Shown here: in pieces, positions 11,494 to 22,700 of the stretch
How the letters are laid out: each line of letters begins with the position of its first letter
Position numbering within the stretch: the stretch's first letter is position 1
From: Gammaproteobacteria bacterium
GTDB lineage: Bacteria; Pseudomonadota; Gammaproteobacteria; Magnimaribacterales; D2472
Assembly (NCBI GenBank): GCA_045564015.1
Contig: JBJLIB010000012.1
Span: forward strand, 53,227 to 117,226
DNA length: 64,000 bases
Direction of reading: 5' to 3'
Program-made: the position numbers and the translations under genes
The notes under the pieces: generated by a model
Databases searched by the model: none
Seen by the model: the letters and a program-made list of their open reading frames with translations, nothing else
What the model was told of the DNA's origin: nothing

Positions 11494-12731
11494 TTGAATT
11501 CATCTATCGTTTTGTAAATTAAGTCTTCGTATAACTTTGCAATTTTTTGCCAATTAAAGTTCTCTATTATATGCATTCTGCCAGCATCTGCTCTCAATTG
11601 ATTGGTTTGAGGATTTGTAAAAATCTGTCTAATAGCTAATTCTATTGCATCTGCGCTCTCGGCTGGGATGAGTTCAGCAAAAGACTCAGTGATTTCTGGA
11701 ATAGATGCAACATTGGTTGCTATAAGAGGTATAGCACATGACATAGCTTCCCCAACAGGAAACCCAAAACCTTCATAGAGAGAGCTAACTATAGCAATAT
11801 TACTTTTTGCATATTCAACAGCTATCTCATCTCTAGTAAGGTTTGATCTATATAAAATGTTTTGATCAATTTTCAATTTTTTGATTAGTCTCTCTGTATG
11901 GCCGCCAGGTCTGGGCGCGCCAATAATCACTAATTTTAATTTTGGATAATCGGCTTTTAATCTAGCAACAGCATGAAGGGTAAAATCTAGACCTTTAAGT
12001 GGAACATCTGCGCTAGCTGTTGTAATAATTTGTGATGGAACTCTTTTAATATCCTGCATGGGAACAAAACTTGCATGATCTATGCCATTGGGTATGACTG
12101 AGATATTTTTTTCGAGCACACCGAAATCCTTTGCAATGTCTTTTTTTGAATTATGTGATGGTGTAGAAATCACCTTTAACTCTATAGATACCTTTTTTTG
12201 CATTTTTAAAAAAGAAAACCATCTCCATTTAGAAATTTTTTGGATAAAGCCCTTAGAAAATTGAATATCATAACGATAATCTTTTGTAATGGGGTGATGA
12301 ATAATTTCAATTAGGGGCATATTTTTTTGAACCTCGATCATTCCATGGCTAAGCGATTGATTATCGATCACGACATCATATGAAGATTCATTGAGAATGG
12401 TTTGAGCCCTGTTTCCAAATGTCTTTAGTTCTGGGAACCCTCCCAGCAGTGCTGAAATAAATTCATACCAATCATCTGCAGACTTACTCTTTTTTTCTAA
12501 AAAAATTTTTAGTCTTTCTTGAAAGTTAAAAGTACTAAATAAATTTAAACCTGGAGATTTAATTAACTTTATGCTGTTTTCAAGGTGGGGGTATGGCGGT
12601 CCTGAAATAACATCTACTTTATGACCTAGATTATTCAATGCCTTGGATAATTCAAAAACAAATATGCCTTGGCCACCTCCAAAAGGTGCACTTCGATAGC
12701 TGCAAATAGCAATGTTTAATTTTTGATCCAA
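11487..12731 (-). CDS. GT4 glycosyltransferase, ManT-like alpha-mannosyltransferase (TTG start)
   Basis: SYRS...GGQG, SGPPYP, GFPE, DNQSL, HHPITKD, ASADVPLKG, SLYEGFGFPVGEAM (GT-B EX7E motif). Confidence 0.85.
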   Translation of the reverse strand: MDQKLNIAICSYRSAPFGGGQGIFVFELSKALNNLGHKVDVISGPPYPHLENSIKLIKSPGLNLFSTFNFQERLKIFLEKKSKSADDWYEFISALLGGFPELKTFGNRAQTILNESSYDVVIDNQSLSHGMIEVQKNMPLIEIIHHPITKDYRYDIQFSKGFIQKISKWRWFSFLKMQKKVSIELKVISTPSHNSKKDIAKDFGVLEKNISVIPNGIDHASFVPMQDIKRVPSQIITTASADVPLKGLDFTLHAVARLKADYPKLKLVIIGAPRPGGHTERLIKKLKIDQNILYRSNLTRDEIAVEYAKSNIAIVSSLYEGFGFPVGEAMSCAIPLIATNVASIPEITESFAELIPAESADAIELAIRQIFTNPQTNQLRADAGRMHIIENFNWQKIAKLYEDLIYKTIDEFKC

Positions 12732-12743
12732 TTTTTAATAAGA

Positions 12744-13664
12744 CTAAATTGCAGTGAGCCAATGTGAATAGCTTGCATCACGCCCATAAACTATATCGGA
12801 ATAATTGCCTTGGAGTTGATCGGTGATTGGTCCAATGGAGCCACTGCCTATTTTTGATCCATCAACAGTTGTTATGGGTGTAATCTCAACTGCTGTACCT
12901 GAATAAAAAGCCTCATCTGCAGATAACAAATCTTCAAAGGTTAAATTCTTCTCCTCTACAGTTAATTTGAGATTTTTAGCAATAGTTATAACACTTTGCC
13001 TGGTAATTCCATTCAAACAATAATCTGTTGTGGGTGTCATTAACTTTGAATTTTTAACTATAAATAAGTTTTCACCACTACCCTCTGAGATAAAACCATT
13101 TTTATCCAGCAATATCGCTTCTTCCGCTCCTTTTGAAATTGCATCATTAACAGCCATAATCGAATTAACATATGTACCAATAATTTTATTGTTTGAATAT
13201 AAGGGATTGTCATATTGCTGAAATGGAGATTTAACAACTGAAATACCATTCCTCTTGGCCTCTGGATCCATATATGATGGCCATTCCCAACACGCAATTG
13301 CAACATTTACCGAAAGAGCGTCTTGAGATCTTAAGCCCATTGATTCACTACCCAAAAAGACAATCGGACGAATATAGCCCTCCTGAAGATTATTTTTAAT
13401 CATTGCTGCTTTCTGCGCTTGAGTTAAATCAGGAATCGAATAAGGAATTGAAATATTAATTTTGGATGCAGCATCAAATAGTCTTTTGGTATGATCATCT
13501 AATCTGAAGATGGCACCGCCATCTGCTGTTTCATAGGCTCGCACACCCTCAAAAACACCCATTCCATAATGCAGCGTATTAGACAAAAGATGGATATTTG
13601 TTTCATTGAATGGCTGAAAACTTCCATTAAGCCAGATGAATTTTGAGTCAGTATTAAGAAACAT
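12744..13664 (-). CDS. ilvE: Branched-chain amino acid aminotransferase
   Basis: LHYGMGVFEGVRAY, YIRP, EGSGENLF, GITRQS, DEAFYSGTAVEITP. Confidence 0.95.
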   Translation of the reverse strand: MFLNTDSKFIWLNGSFQPFNETNIHLLSNTLHYGMGVFEGVRAYETADGGAIFRLDDHTKRLFDAASKINISIPYSIPDLTQAQKAAMIKNNLQEGYIRPIVFLGSESMGLRSQDALSVNVAIACWEWPSYMDPEAKRNGISVVKSPFQQYDNPLYSNNKIIGTYVNSIMAVNDAISKGAEEAILLDKNGFISEGSGENLFIVKNSKLMTPTTDYCLNGITRQSVITIAKNLKLTVEEKNLTFEDLLSADEAFYSGTAVEITPITTVDGSKIGSGSIGPITDQLQGNYSDIVYGRDASYSHWLTAI

Positions 13665-13730
13665 GTTGTGTATGGTTTTAAGTCTCAGTTATTATGACAA
13701 AACAACCCCGATAATGAAATTAAAATTCCT

Positions 13731-15104
13731 ATGATTGACGAATCCATTTTCAGAGAATATGACATCAGGGGAATTGTGCCCTCTCAAGTAAACGAAGCTT
13801 CGATTAAATCCATTGCCCGTGCAATTGCAAAAAAATGCAATGAAGAAAATATCAATGAGCTGGCTCTTGGCAGAGATGGCAGACTGTCAGGAGAAGAGAT
13901 ATTAAAACTCCTTTCTTCACAACTTCAAACCAATGGAATCAATGTTGTGAATATTGGGATAGTTACAAGCCCTTTACTATATTATGCGGCTAAACAACTG
14001 CCTTCAAAATCTGGAATCATGATTACCGGGAGTCATAATCCAAAGAACTATAATGGATTTAAAATAGTAATTAACGATTCCCCTATATCAGGTCTTGAGA
14101 TCTTGGGTTTTCTATCTGATGAGCCAATCAATAAAAGAAATGCTGGCAAGGAAATCTATAAGAAAAATTTAATGGATGAGTACATTGAAGAAGTATCATC
14201 ACAAAGCACGAAGAAACCAAAAAAAATTAAAGTTGTTCTAGATTGTGGAAATGGTGCAGCTGGTGAAATTGCTCCCAAACTAATACGTTCATTAGGTTAT
14301 GAAGTGATTGAGCTATATTGCGAGATTGATGGGAACTTCCCCAATCATCACCCTGATCCTGGAAAAGAAGAGAACCTCCAAGATTTAATTCAGGCAGTAA
14401 AAGAAAATTCCGCTGATGTTGGAATAGCCTTTGATGGAGATGGAGATAGGCTAGGAGTTGTAACTGAAGAAGGAGACATTATCTTTCCAGATCAACTCAT
14501 GATGATCTTTGCTAAAGATATTTTAAAAAATTATCCTGGCAAAGAAATAATTTTTGACGTGAAGTGTACAAATTTACTTAGCAATATTATCAATCAGGCT
14601 GGGGGTATCCCATTAATGTCTGCAACAGGTCATTTTCATATTAAAAATACTCTTAAAAAAACCAATGCTCCACTCGCCGGCGAGATGAGTGGTCATATTT
14701 TTTTTAATGATAAGTGGCATGGTTTTGATGATGGTCATTATTCCGCTTTTAGATTATTAGAAATTATGAATAGTTTAGACATGCCGCTCTCTTCTATGCT
14801 CAATGAACTTCCCAAAGCCTGCTCTACCCCTGAATTAAATATTAATGTTGAAGAAGAAAAGAAATTTAAAATAGTAAAAGATTTTGTAAATAAAGCTCAA
14901 TTTAAGGGAGGCTCTAAAGTTACCATTGATGGGTTGAGAGTCGATTTTGATGATGGATGGGGCTTAATCAGGGCGTCCAATACAACTCCGAAACTTGTCC
15001 TTAGGTTTGAAGCTAAAACTTCTTCTAGATTAAAGGAAATAAAAAATATGTTTCTTAATCAATTAAAATTAATTGATGAAACAATTAAGGTTGATATAAG
15101 CTAA
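13731..15104 (+). CDS. algC: Phosphomannomutase/phosphoglucomutase
   Basis: IFREYDIRG, MITGSHNP, FDGDGDR, GEMSGH, RASNTTP. Confidence 0.95.
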   Translation: MIDESIFREYDIRGIVPSQVNEASIKSIARAIAKKCNEENINELALGRDGRLSGEEILKLLSSQLQTNGINVVNIGIVTSPLLYYAAKQLPSKSGIMITGSHNPKNYNGFKIVINDSPISGLEILGFLSDEPINKRNAGKEIYKKNLMDEYIEEVSSQSTKKPKKIKVVLDCGNGAAGEIAPKLIRSLGYEVIELYCEIDGNFPNHHPDPGKEENLQDLIQAVKENSADVGIAFDGDGDRLGVVTEEGDIIFPDQLMMIFAKDILKNYPGKEIIFDVKCTNLLSNIINQAGGIPLMSATGHFHIKNTLKKTNAPLAGEMSGHIFFNDKWHGFDDGHYSAFRLLEIMNSLDMPLSSMLNELPKACSTPELNINVEEEKKFKIVKDFVNKAQFKGGSKVTIDGLRVDFDDGWGLIRASNTTPKLVLRFEAKTSSRLKEIKNMFLNQLKLIDETIKVDIS

Positions 15105-15108
15105 AGCT

Positions 15109-15681
15109 ATGTCAAAAGACAGAAAACAAATTATTCTTCAGAGTTTAGCAAAGCTTTTAGAAGAAAGAGATGCAACAAAAGTTACAACAGCTGTTCTTGC
15201 AGCTGAAAGCGGGATAACTGAAGCTGCTCTCTATAGGCATTTTCCGAGTAAAAGGTCTATTTTCTTGGAGCTATTCACATTCTGCGATCAAACAATTTTT
15301 CAAAAAGTTGGAGAAATTAAAAAAGATAGCAAAATTGAGGCTGAAGAAAAAGTTAGATTAATATTCTTTTTTTATGCAATATTTCTAGAAAAAAATAAAG
15401 GTTTTGCGCGCATCTTATCTCGTGAGGCATTAGGACCAAGCGAGCAAAATGTAATAGACTCTGTGAATCAATTCTATGAAAGATTGGAGCTTTCGATCAA
15501 ACAATTACTAGCTTCAAAAAAAGATTCTTTGCAACTTACGGCAGGTCAAAGCGCCCATCTTATTACTTCAATAATGGAAGGAATTATCTCTAGGTTTATT
15601 AGAAATAAATTCAAGGAAATACCTAGCAGTTATATTGAGAATTATTGGTCACTCATTTCTAACAGTATTTTTAAAAGCTAA
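15109..15681 (+). CDS. slmA: Nucleoid occlusion factor SlmA (TetR family)
   Basis: RKQIILQSLAKLLE...VTTAVLA..GITEAALYRHFPSK; position downstream of algC is the usual slmA neighbourhood. Confidence 0.85.
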   Translation: MSKDRKQIILQSLAKLLEERDATKVTTAVLAAESGITEAALYRHFPSKRSIFLELFTFCDQTIFQKVGEIKKDSKIEAEEKVRLIFFFYAIFLEKNKGFARILSREALGPSEQNVIDSVNQFYERLELSIKQLLASKKDSLQLTAGQSAHLITSIMEGIISRFIRNKFKEIPSSYIENYWSLISNSIFKS

Positions 15682-18113
15682 ATTTCTTCATCTAAAAAAA
15701 GTTCAAAGTAAGAATTTTTGCTATTTTCATCAACTGGCTGGCCTGTTTCACGATCAACCCTCACATAAGAGAGACCTTTAGGAATTTTCCAATCTTCTTC
15801 AGGCAAGTTAGTAAGAGCTTTTTTCATAAAATCAACCCAAGTAGGCAAAGCGATGCTCGATCCAAATTCGTTATCTCCCAAAGAAGAGAAATCATCAGTT
15901 CCAACCCATACAGTGCTTACCAAATCATTGTGAAAACCTGAGAACCAAGTGCTGATCGCATCATTAGTTGTGCCAGTCTTTCCTGCAATGTCACTCCTTC
16001 TTAAGACTTGAGTTTTTCTTCCGTTGCTTCCTCTTGATAGAGCCTCACGTAAAATATCTTTTGTAATAAAAGTTACTCTAGGATCAATTGGTTCCAGTGA
16101 TTTCTTTGAGAGGGGGGGCAGTAAATAAAAAGGCTTTATTTCCTCTGTAAGCTGGGTTTGAAACCATGGAAAAGCATCAATATTTTTTTTCTTATTTTCT
16201 GTTTGAGGATTTTGAAAAATAGTCTTTCCATTTCTATCTTCTATTCGCTCTATAAAAAATAAATCTTTAGGATCCTCAGAGTTAGTCATAATGCTATACG
16301 CCCGCACCATCTCTGCTGGAGAAAAACTTGATGATCCAAGTGCCAATGATAAATCTGGAGCCAGCCTAGATGAAGAGAAGCCAAACCTTGATAAATAATT
16401 TTGCGTCAATGGAATTCCCATTTCTCGTAATAACTTTATAGAAACTAAGTTCACTGACTGAACTAAAGCTTCTCTGAGTCTAATAGGTCCATAAAATTTA
16501 CCTGTATAATTTTCAGGTCTCCAGCTACTCTCTAAATTAGAGTCTTCAAATATTATGGGGGCATCATTTATTTTATCTGATGCTTTATAGCCATTCGCAA
16601 AAGCAGAGGCATAAATAAATGGCTTAAAGCTCGAGCCCGCTTGAGGATATGATTGTTTTACTCTATCAAAGTTACTTTTTGAGAAATTCAATCCACCAAT
16701 ATAAGTCTTAATTGCACCATTAGATGGATCTGTAGAAATAAATGCAACTTCAGCATCAGGGACTTGGTCAAGATAGTAATTTCCATTTTGCTCAGATAGA
16801 TAGATCAAATCTCCCTTACGAAGAATGTCATAAAAATTTTGAGGTCTGGGACCAAGTTTATTAATATCAATTTTTCTTCTAGCCCATTTGTATGATTCAT
16901 CCCAAAATAAACTTTCTAATTGAAAGGAATTATTAAGATAGATAATCCTTTCAGGCTTTACATCAATGACTATTCCACCCGAATGTTGATCTAAATTCAC
17001 AAACTCTTCAAAAAAATCTCTAATAACTGATACATTGAGCTGCTTCATGCTCAGCTCATCTAGGGTATTGGATTCTTCATACAGAATGTCTAAATTACCA
17101 GTTTGTAATTCTTCAAATATTGAATCAGAAATTTTTGATAGGAGGTTTATAGGCTCTCTCCAGCCATGACGTTTATCATAGTCATATAAGTTTTTTGCTA
17201 CGCTCTCAAGGGCAGCCTGCTGGAGTGAGGAATCTATTGTGGTGATAACTGATAATCCATCCTTGTAGACTGATAAGCCATATCTTTCAATCATTGCTTG
17301 CCTAGCGATTTCAGCAATATATCGTCCATCTAATGAAAAGTTTGAATCTAATTGAGTTAGGTTTATTGGCTCAGATTTTGCAAGTAAAAACTGCGCCCTA
17401 CCAATATATCCAAGCTTATACATCCTTCCTAAAATCCAGTTACGCCTGATAATAGATCTGTCAGGAGAGCGAATAGGATTAATTCTTGAGGGAAGTTGGG
17501 CTGATGATGCAATTAATGCAGATTCGGCAAGAGTTAACTCATTGATAGATTTAGAAAAATATTTATTTGCTGCAGCCTCCACCCCATATGCTCGATTGCC
17601 TAAAAAGATAGTATTTAAATATAAGGAAAAAATTTCTTCTTTTGTTGCAGAACTTTCTAATTCAAAAGCTAGATAGATTTCTTTAATTTTTCGAATAATT
17701 TTTTGCTCTCTAGATAATAAATACCCCCTGACAACCTGCATTGTAATTGTGCCGCCACCGCTCACAATTTCTCCAGATTGAATCATCTGGTAAAAAGCTC
17801 TAATAAACGATGGGATCCTTACGCCACCATGCTCAAAAAATTGATCGTCTTCTGCTGCTAAAAATGCATTTTTAAGATTCTGTGGAATTTGCTCATACTC
17901 TATCGTTCTTCTTTTTTGATCTCCAAACTCCCCGATTAATATCCCATCAGACGTTAAGACTTTTAAAGGTATTTGCAATACATCTTCATCAACTAAGTTA
18001 ATTTCAGGAAGACTGGGTTTAATAAGAAAATATCCCATGCCAATGGTCAAGATTGCTGCAAGGGTGCCAATAAGTGCAGCAACTAATGCCCAATTTATTA
18101 ATCTAACAAACAT
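15678..18113 (-). CDS. mrcA: Penicillin-binding protein 1A
   Basis: EDDQFFEHGG, GGGTITMQ, RKIKE (transglycosylase); SSFK, SVN, KTG (transpeptidase). Confidence 0.95.
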   Translation of the reverse strand: MFVRLINWALVAALIGTLAAILTIGMGYFLIKPSLPEINLVDEDVLQIPLKVLTSDGILIGEFGDQKRRTIEYEQIPQNLKNAFLAAEDDQFFEHGGVRIPSFIRAFYQMIQSGEIVSGGGTITMQVVRGYLLSREQKIIRKIKEIYLAFELESSATKEEIFSLYLNTIFLGNRAYGVEAAANKYFSKSINELTLAESALIASSAQLPSRINPIRSPDRSIIRRNWILGRMYKLGYIGRAQFLLAKSEPINLTQLDSNFSLDGRYIAEIARQAMIERYGLSVYKDGLSVITTIDSSLQQAALESVAKNLYDYDKRHGWREPINLLSKISDSIFEELQTGNLDILYEESNTLDELSMKQLNVSVIRDFFEEFVNLDQHSGGIVIDVKPERIIYLNNSFQLESLFWDESYKWARRKIDINKLGPRPQNFYDILRKGDLIYLSEQNGNYYLDQVPDAEVAFISTDPSNGAIKTYIGGLNFSKSNFDRVKQSYPQAGSSFKPFIYASAFANGYKASDKINDAPIIFEDSNLESSWRPENYTGKFYGPIRLREALVQSVNLVSIKLLREMGIPLTQNYLSRFGFSSSRLAPDLSLALGSSSFSPAEMVRAYSIMTNSEDPKDLFFIERIEDRNGKTIFQNPQTENKKKNIDAFPWFQTQLTEEIKPFYLLPPLSKKSLEPIDPRVTFITKDILREALSRGSNGRKTQVLRRSDIAGKTGTTNDAISTWFSGFHNDLVSTVWVGTDDFSSLGDNEFGSSIALPTWVDFMKKALTNLPEEDWKIPKGLSYVRVDRETGQPVDENSKNSYFELFLDEEI

Positions 18114-18221
18114 ACAAATTAAATGATTATGTTTTTACCTTAACTCAAAAATATTTTGATACATGAATTAGAATTATTTTACCCCTATAAATGATAGAAT
18201 CAGCAACTTAAAAAACTAAGT

Positions 18222-18731
18222 ATGAATATTTTTATTGTTGGCCCCATGGGCTCGGGAAAAACCACTGTAGGAAAGATTGTGGCTGGCGAGCTATTTTTAG
18301 ATTTTCATGATACTGATGCAAAGATTGAGGATAGTACAGGCGTCACAATAGATTGGATTTTTGATATTGAGGGTGAAGCAGGTTTTAGAAAACGAGAAAC
18401 TGCCACATTAAAGGAAATGGTTGCCTTGAATTCTATAGTTCTTGCTACGGGTGGCGGCATTGTAATTGAGGAAGAAAATAGAGAACTATTAGCATCAAGA
18501 GGCACTGTTTTCTATCTACATACTCCATTAAACACTCAAGTTGAAAGAACAGCTAAAGATAAAGATAGGCCTTTATTAAAAGATAAAGATCCAGAAAAAG
18601 TCCTCGCGGATCTCCAGAAATCTAGACAATCTCTTTATGAAGAGGTTGCGGATCACATAATCAATACTGAGAATAAGAGTGGCTCTGATGTTGCAAATGA
18701 AATTGTTAAGCTAGTTAAAAATTATGGCTAA
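18222..18731 (+). CDS. aroK: Shikimate kinase
   Basis: GPMGSGKTT, EGEAGFRKRE, ATGGG, RPLL. Confidence 0.97.
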   Translation: MNIFIVGPMGSGKTTVGKIVAGELFLDFHDTDAKIEDSTGVTIDWIFDIEGEAGFRKRETATLKEMVALNSIVLATGGGIVIEEENRELLASRGTVFYLHTPLNTQVERTAKDKDRPLLKDKDPEKVLADLQKSRQSLYEEVADHIINTENKSGSDVANEIVKLVKNYG

Positions 18732-19797
18732 AGAGCTATTTGCAGGTCAAAGAAAAAATAAATACAGGATTGTGATTAGCAAGAATGCTATTTCTAAAAA
18801 AAATCTTGCCCCTCTTCTTAAAAACCATAATAAAACTCTTCTCATTTCAGATGATGGAGTGCCTTCAAAGATAGTGAGAGAAGTTGCTGCCGTTTGCAAA
18901 CCATCAACTAAAGTTTTTAAGATCATCCTCAAGCATGGAGAACAGGCTAAATCTGTTCAAAACTTTCAAAAAATACTTAATTTTTTAGCAGATAATAATT
19001 TTGATAGAACAGATCTAATAGTGGCTGTTGGTGGCGGAGTGGTTGGAGATATCTCGGGTTTTGTTGCCAGCTCTTACCTAAGAGGCATTCAATTTATACA
19101 AATACCGACAACTCTTCTTGCTCAGGTGGATTCTTCTGTGGGAGGCAAGACTGCTATTAATATAGTAGCGGGCAAGAATCTTGTTGGAGCATTTTATAAC
19201 CCAAAAGGTGTCATTATCGATACAACTGTACTTAACTCACTTCCGAACAGAGAGTTCAAGGCTGGATTAGCAGAGGTCATTAAATATGCCTTCATTCAAA
19301 ATAAATCTCTTTTTTCATTACTTAAAAAATATACTAAAAAAATATTATTAAAGGATCAAAAAATTATTGAAGAGATAATTTTTTTATCTCTTCAAACCAA
19401 AGCAATGATTGTGAACAAGGATGAGAAGGAAAATGGTATTCGTGCAATACTAAATTTTGGACATACGTTTGGGCATGCCATTGAAGCACATGGTAAATAT
19501 AAGAAAATCCTTCATGGAGAGGCTGTTGCCAAAGGAATGAAGGTGGCTTCTAAAATTTCCTATTTAGAAAATCTGATTTCTGAAAAAGAACACAAGGAAG
19601 TTATTGCTTTATTGCAAAATTTTGAATTTGATTTATCTCTCGAGCAATATAAATACAGAGAACTAAAACCATATATATTTAGAGATAAAAAAATTAAAGC
19701 AGGGAAATTAAATCTTGTCCTGCTGAATAAATTATCAAATGCAGTTGTGACAAATTCATTTGATGCCAAGAGTCTACAGAAAGGCCTTCAAGATTAA
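18724..19797 (+). CDS. aroB: 3-dehydroquinate synthase
   Basis: GGGVVGD, PTTLLAQVDSSVGGKT, LNFGHTFGHAIE, HGEAV. Confidence 0.97.
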   Translation: MAKELFAGQRKNKYRIVISKNAISKKNLAPLLKNHNKTLLISDDGVPSKIVREVAAVCKPSTKVFKIILKHGEQAKSVQNFQKILNFLADNNFDRTDLIVAVGGGVVGDISGFVASSYLRGIQFIQIPTTLLAQVDSSVGGKTAINIVAGKNLVGAFYNPKGVIIDTTVLNSLPNREFKAGLAEVIKYAFIQNKSLFSLLKKYTKKILLKDQKIIEEIIFLSLQTKAMIVNKDEKENGIRAILNFGHTFGHAIEAHGKYKKILHGEAVAKGMKVASKISYLENLISEKEHKEVIALLQNFEFDLSLEQYKYRELKPYIFRDKKIKAGKLNLVLLNKLSNAVVTNSFDAKSLQKGLQD

Positions 19798-19798
19798 A

Positions 19799-22700
19799 TT
19801 AAGCAGCATTAGCTGTGGTTGCTTTTAATAGATCTTGGATATTTAAGGCAGCAGGTGACACCAACCAAAATGATGGCTCATATCTATCAAATTCATCTAA
19901 TATTAATTTCGCCCTCTCACTTTTAGTTTCTTTAATATGACGAGCAAGGATTTGTTTTAAAAATTTTCTATGAGATTCCATTTCTTCGCTCACAATTCTA
20001 TCTAAGTTAATAAGACTGCGATTGCATTGATCAAAAAATCTTCTATTGGTATCTAGAACGTATGCGAAACCGCCAGTCATTCCTGCTCCAAAATTAGAAC
20101 CTACATTTCCTAGAACAGTTACATGTCCACCCGTCATATATTCGCAACAATGATCTCCTGCACCTTCGATTACAGCAGAGGCTCCAGAATTTCTTACCGC
20201 GAATCTTTCACCAACACAGCCACCAACGTAAAGCTCGCCACCGGTTGCGCCATACAATGCAGTATTGCCAACTAAAACAGTTGGGGAATCTTGGGAGGCA
20301 TATTCAGCAGAGCTTGAAATGACAATCTTTCCGCCATTCATGCCTTTGCCAACATAATCATTGGCATCGCCATTTAATTTTAAATTTAGGCCAGCAGCAT
20401 TCCACACACCAAAGCTTTGGCCTGCAGAGCCAGTAAAATTTAGGTTTTGTTTTTGTTTCAACCCCTTTTCACCATATAAAGATGCGATCAAGCCAGAAGC
20501 TTGAGCTCCAACGGATCTATCGCGATTTGAAATATCATAGGAAAAATCAGATGAATGCTCCTTTGAGATTGAAGATCTCACATCTTGCAGAATCTTTGCA
20601 TTTAAATTGCCTTTATCCCACGGGTCATTTGAAGAAGTATTGCAGTAATGAGGGGCAGTTGATTTTTTATCAGAATACAAAATTGGAGATAAATCTATAT
20701 TTTCTGTAGAAGGATTTTCTTGTGTAATATCTTTTAAGTATTGTGTTTGGCCAATAATGGATTCGAGGTTAGGAACTCCCAATTTTAATAAAATTTCTTG
20801 GACTTCATTTGCAATAAATGTGAAGTAGTTGATAACTCGCTCTTTCTCACCGATGTAGTGATGGTCAATAATATCTCTTCTTTGAGTTGCAACTCCAGTA
20901 GCACAATTATTAAGATGGCAAATTCGTAAATATTTACAACCCATTGCAATCATTGGCCCGGTTCCAAAACCAAAGGATTCTGCGCCAAGAATTGCTGCCT
21001 TAACTACATCTAAGCCTGTTTTCAATCCACCATCAGCTTGTAATCTAACTTTATGTCGTAAATTGCTTGCTCTTAAAGCTTGATGGGCCTCAGATAAACC
21101 AAGCTCCCATGGAGAACCTGCATAACGAATTGAAGATAGCGGACTTGCGCCCGTTCCACCATCATGACCAGATATAGTGATCAGATCTGCATATGCCTTA
21201 GCAACACCAGCTGCAATTGTTCCTACGCCTGGCTCAGATACCAATTTTACTGAAACCAATGCTTTTGGATTTACTTGTTTAAGATCAAAGATTAATTGAG
21301 CCAAATCCTCAATTGAGTAGATATCATGATGAGGTGGAGGTGAAATCAAAGTGATGCCAGGAGTTGAATATCTGAGCTTAGCAATTAAGGCATTGACTTT
21401 GCCTCCTGGAAGTTGTCCACCCTCTCCTGGTTTAGCGCCTTGCGCTATTTTAATTTGCAAAACCTCTGCATTTACTAGGTACTCAGGGGTGACACCAAAG
21501 CGACCAGATGCAACTTGTTTTATTTTTGACATCTTAGAAGTGCCATATCTTTCTTTGGCTTCGCCACCCTCTCCAGAATTTGATCTTGCTCCCATGCTAT
21601 TCATGGCCTCAGCCAATGTTTCATGAGCATCTGGAGATAAAGCACCAAGGCTCATGCCTGCGGAATCAAATTTCTTTAATAAATGTTTTGTATCGTATGG
21701 CTTAACCTTTTTTGGTTTTGAGGGAAAGTGAAGTTTCATTAAATCTCTAAGCATTGCAGGATCTCTATGATTCACTAGGTCAGCATACTCTCGATATACT
21801 TTATTAGATCCTGTGCTAACTGCTTCTTGGAGTTTTTTTACAACCTCAGGATTATAGGTGTGATATTCACCACCATGGACAAATTTTAATAGTCCGCCCA
21901 GGCCAATTTCACTTACATTTGAATTTGCATATTTATTTAAAGATCGCATTTCAATATCAAGATCTTCAAAAGTTTTGCCCCCCACCCTGCTAACAGTATT
22001 GGTAAAAGATAAATCTACGATATCCGAGCTTAAGCCAACAATCTCATGCAATTGAGATCCGCGATAACTGGATATTGTAGAGATGCCTATTTTAGAAATA
22101 ATTTTTAAAAGGCCTTTATTAATACCTTTGCGATATTTTGCGCAATTTGCTGTTGGACTACCCTTAAGTTCCTTGCGGTGTGTTAAATCTAGAATTGTTT
22201 GAAAAGCCAGCCATGGAAAAACAGCCGTTGCTCCAAAACTCAGCAAGCATGCAATTTGATGAGTATCTCTGGCGGTAGCAGAACTTACTATTAAGTTAGC
22301 ATCTGATCTGAGACCCAGTCTTACCAACTCTTGATGTATGCAGCCTACTGCAAGTAAAGCATTGATTGAAAGCTTATTGCCATCTGGCAACTTCTCATTT
22401 AAATGAATAATAATTTCTCCCTTGCGCACAGCAGAAACTACTTTTTTTGTTAGTGTGTTCAAAGCATCCTTGAGATTTGACTTGGGTGAATATTGCAAAT
22501 CAAAGTTTTTGGAAGAGAAATATGGATTTTTTAATAACGCTGAAAGTTTTTTGTGTGAAAGAACAGGAGATGTGCTGACAATTCTCCTGGCATGATCTTT
22601 AGATTCTTCAAAGATATTCAACTCAGGACCAAAACATGCCTCCAATGACATAACGCTGGACTCTCTGAGAGAGTCAATCGGCGGATTTGTTACTTGGGCA

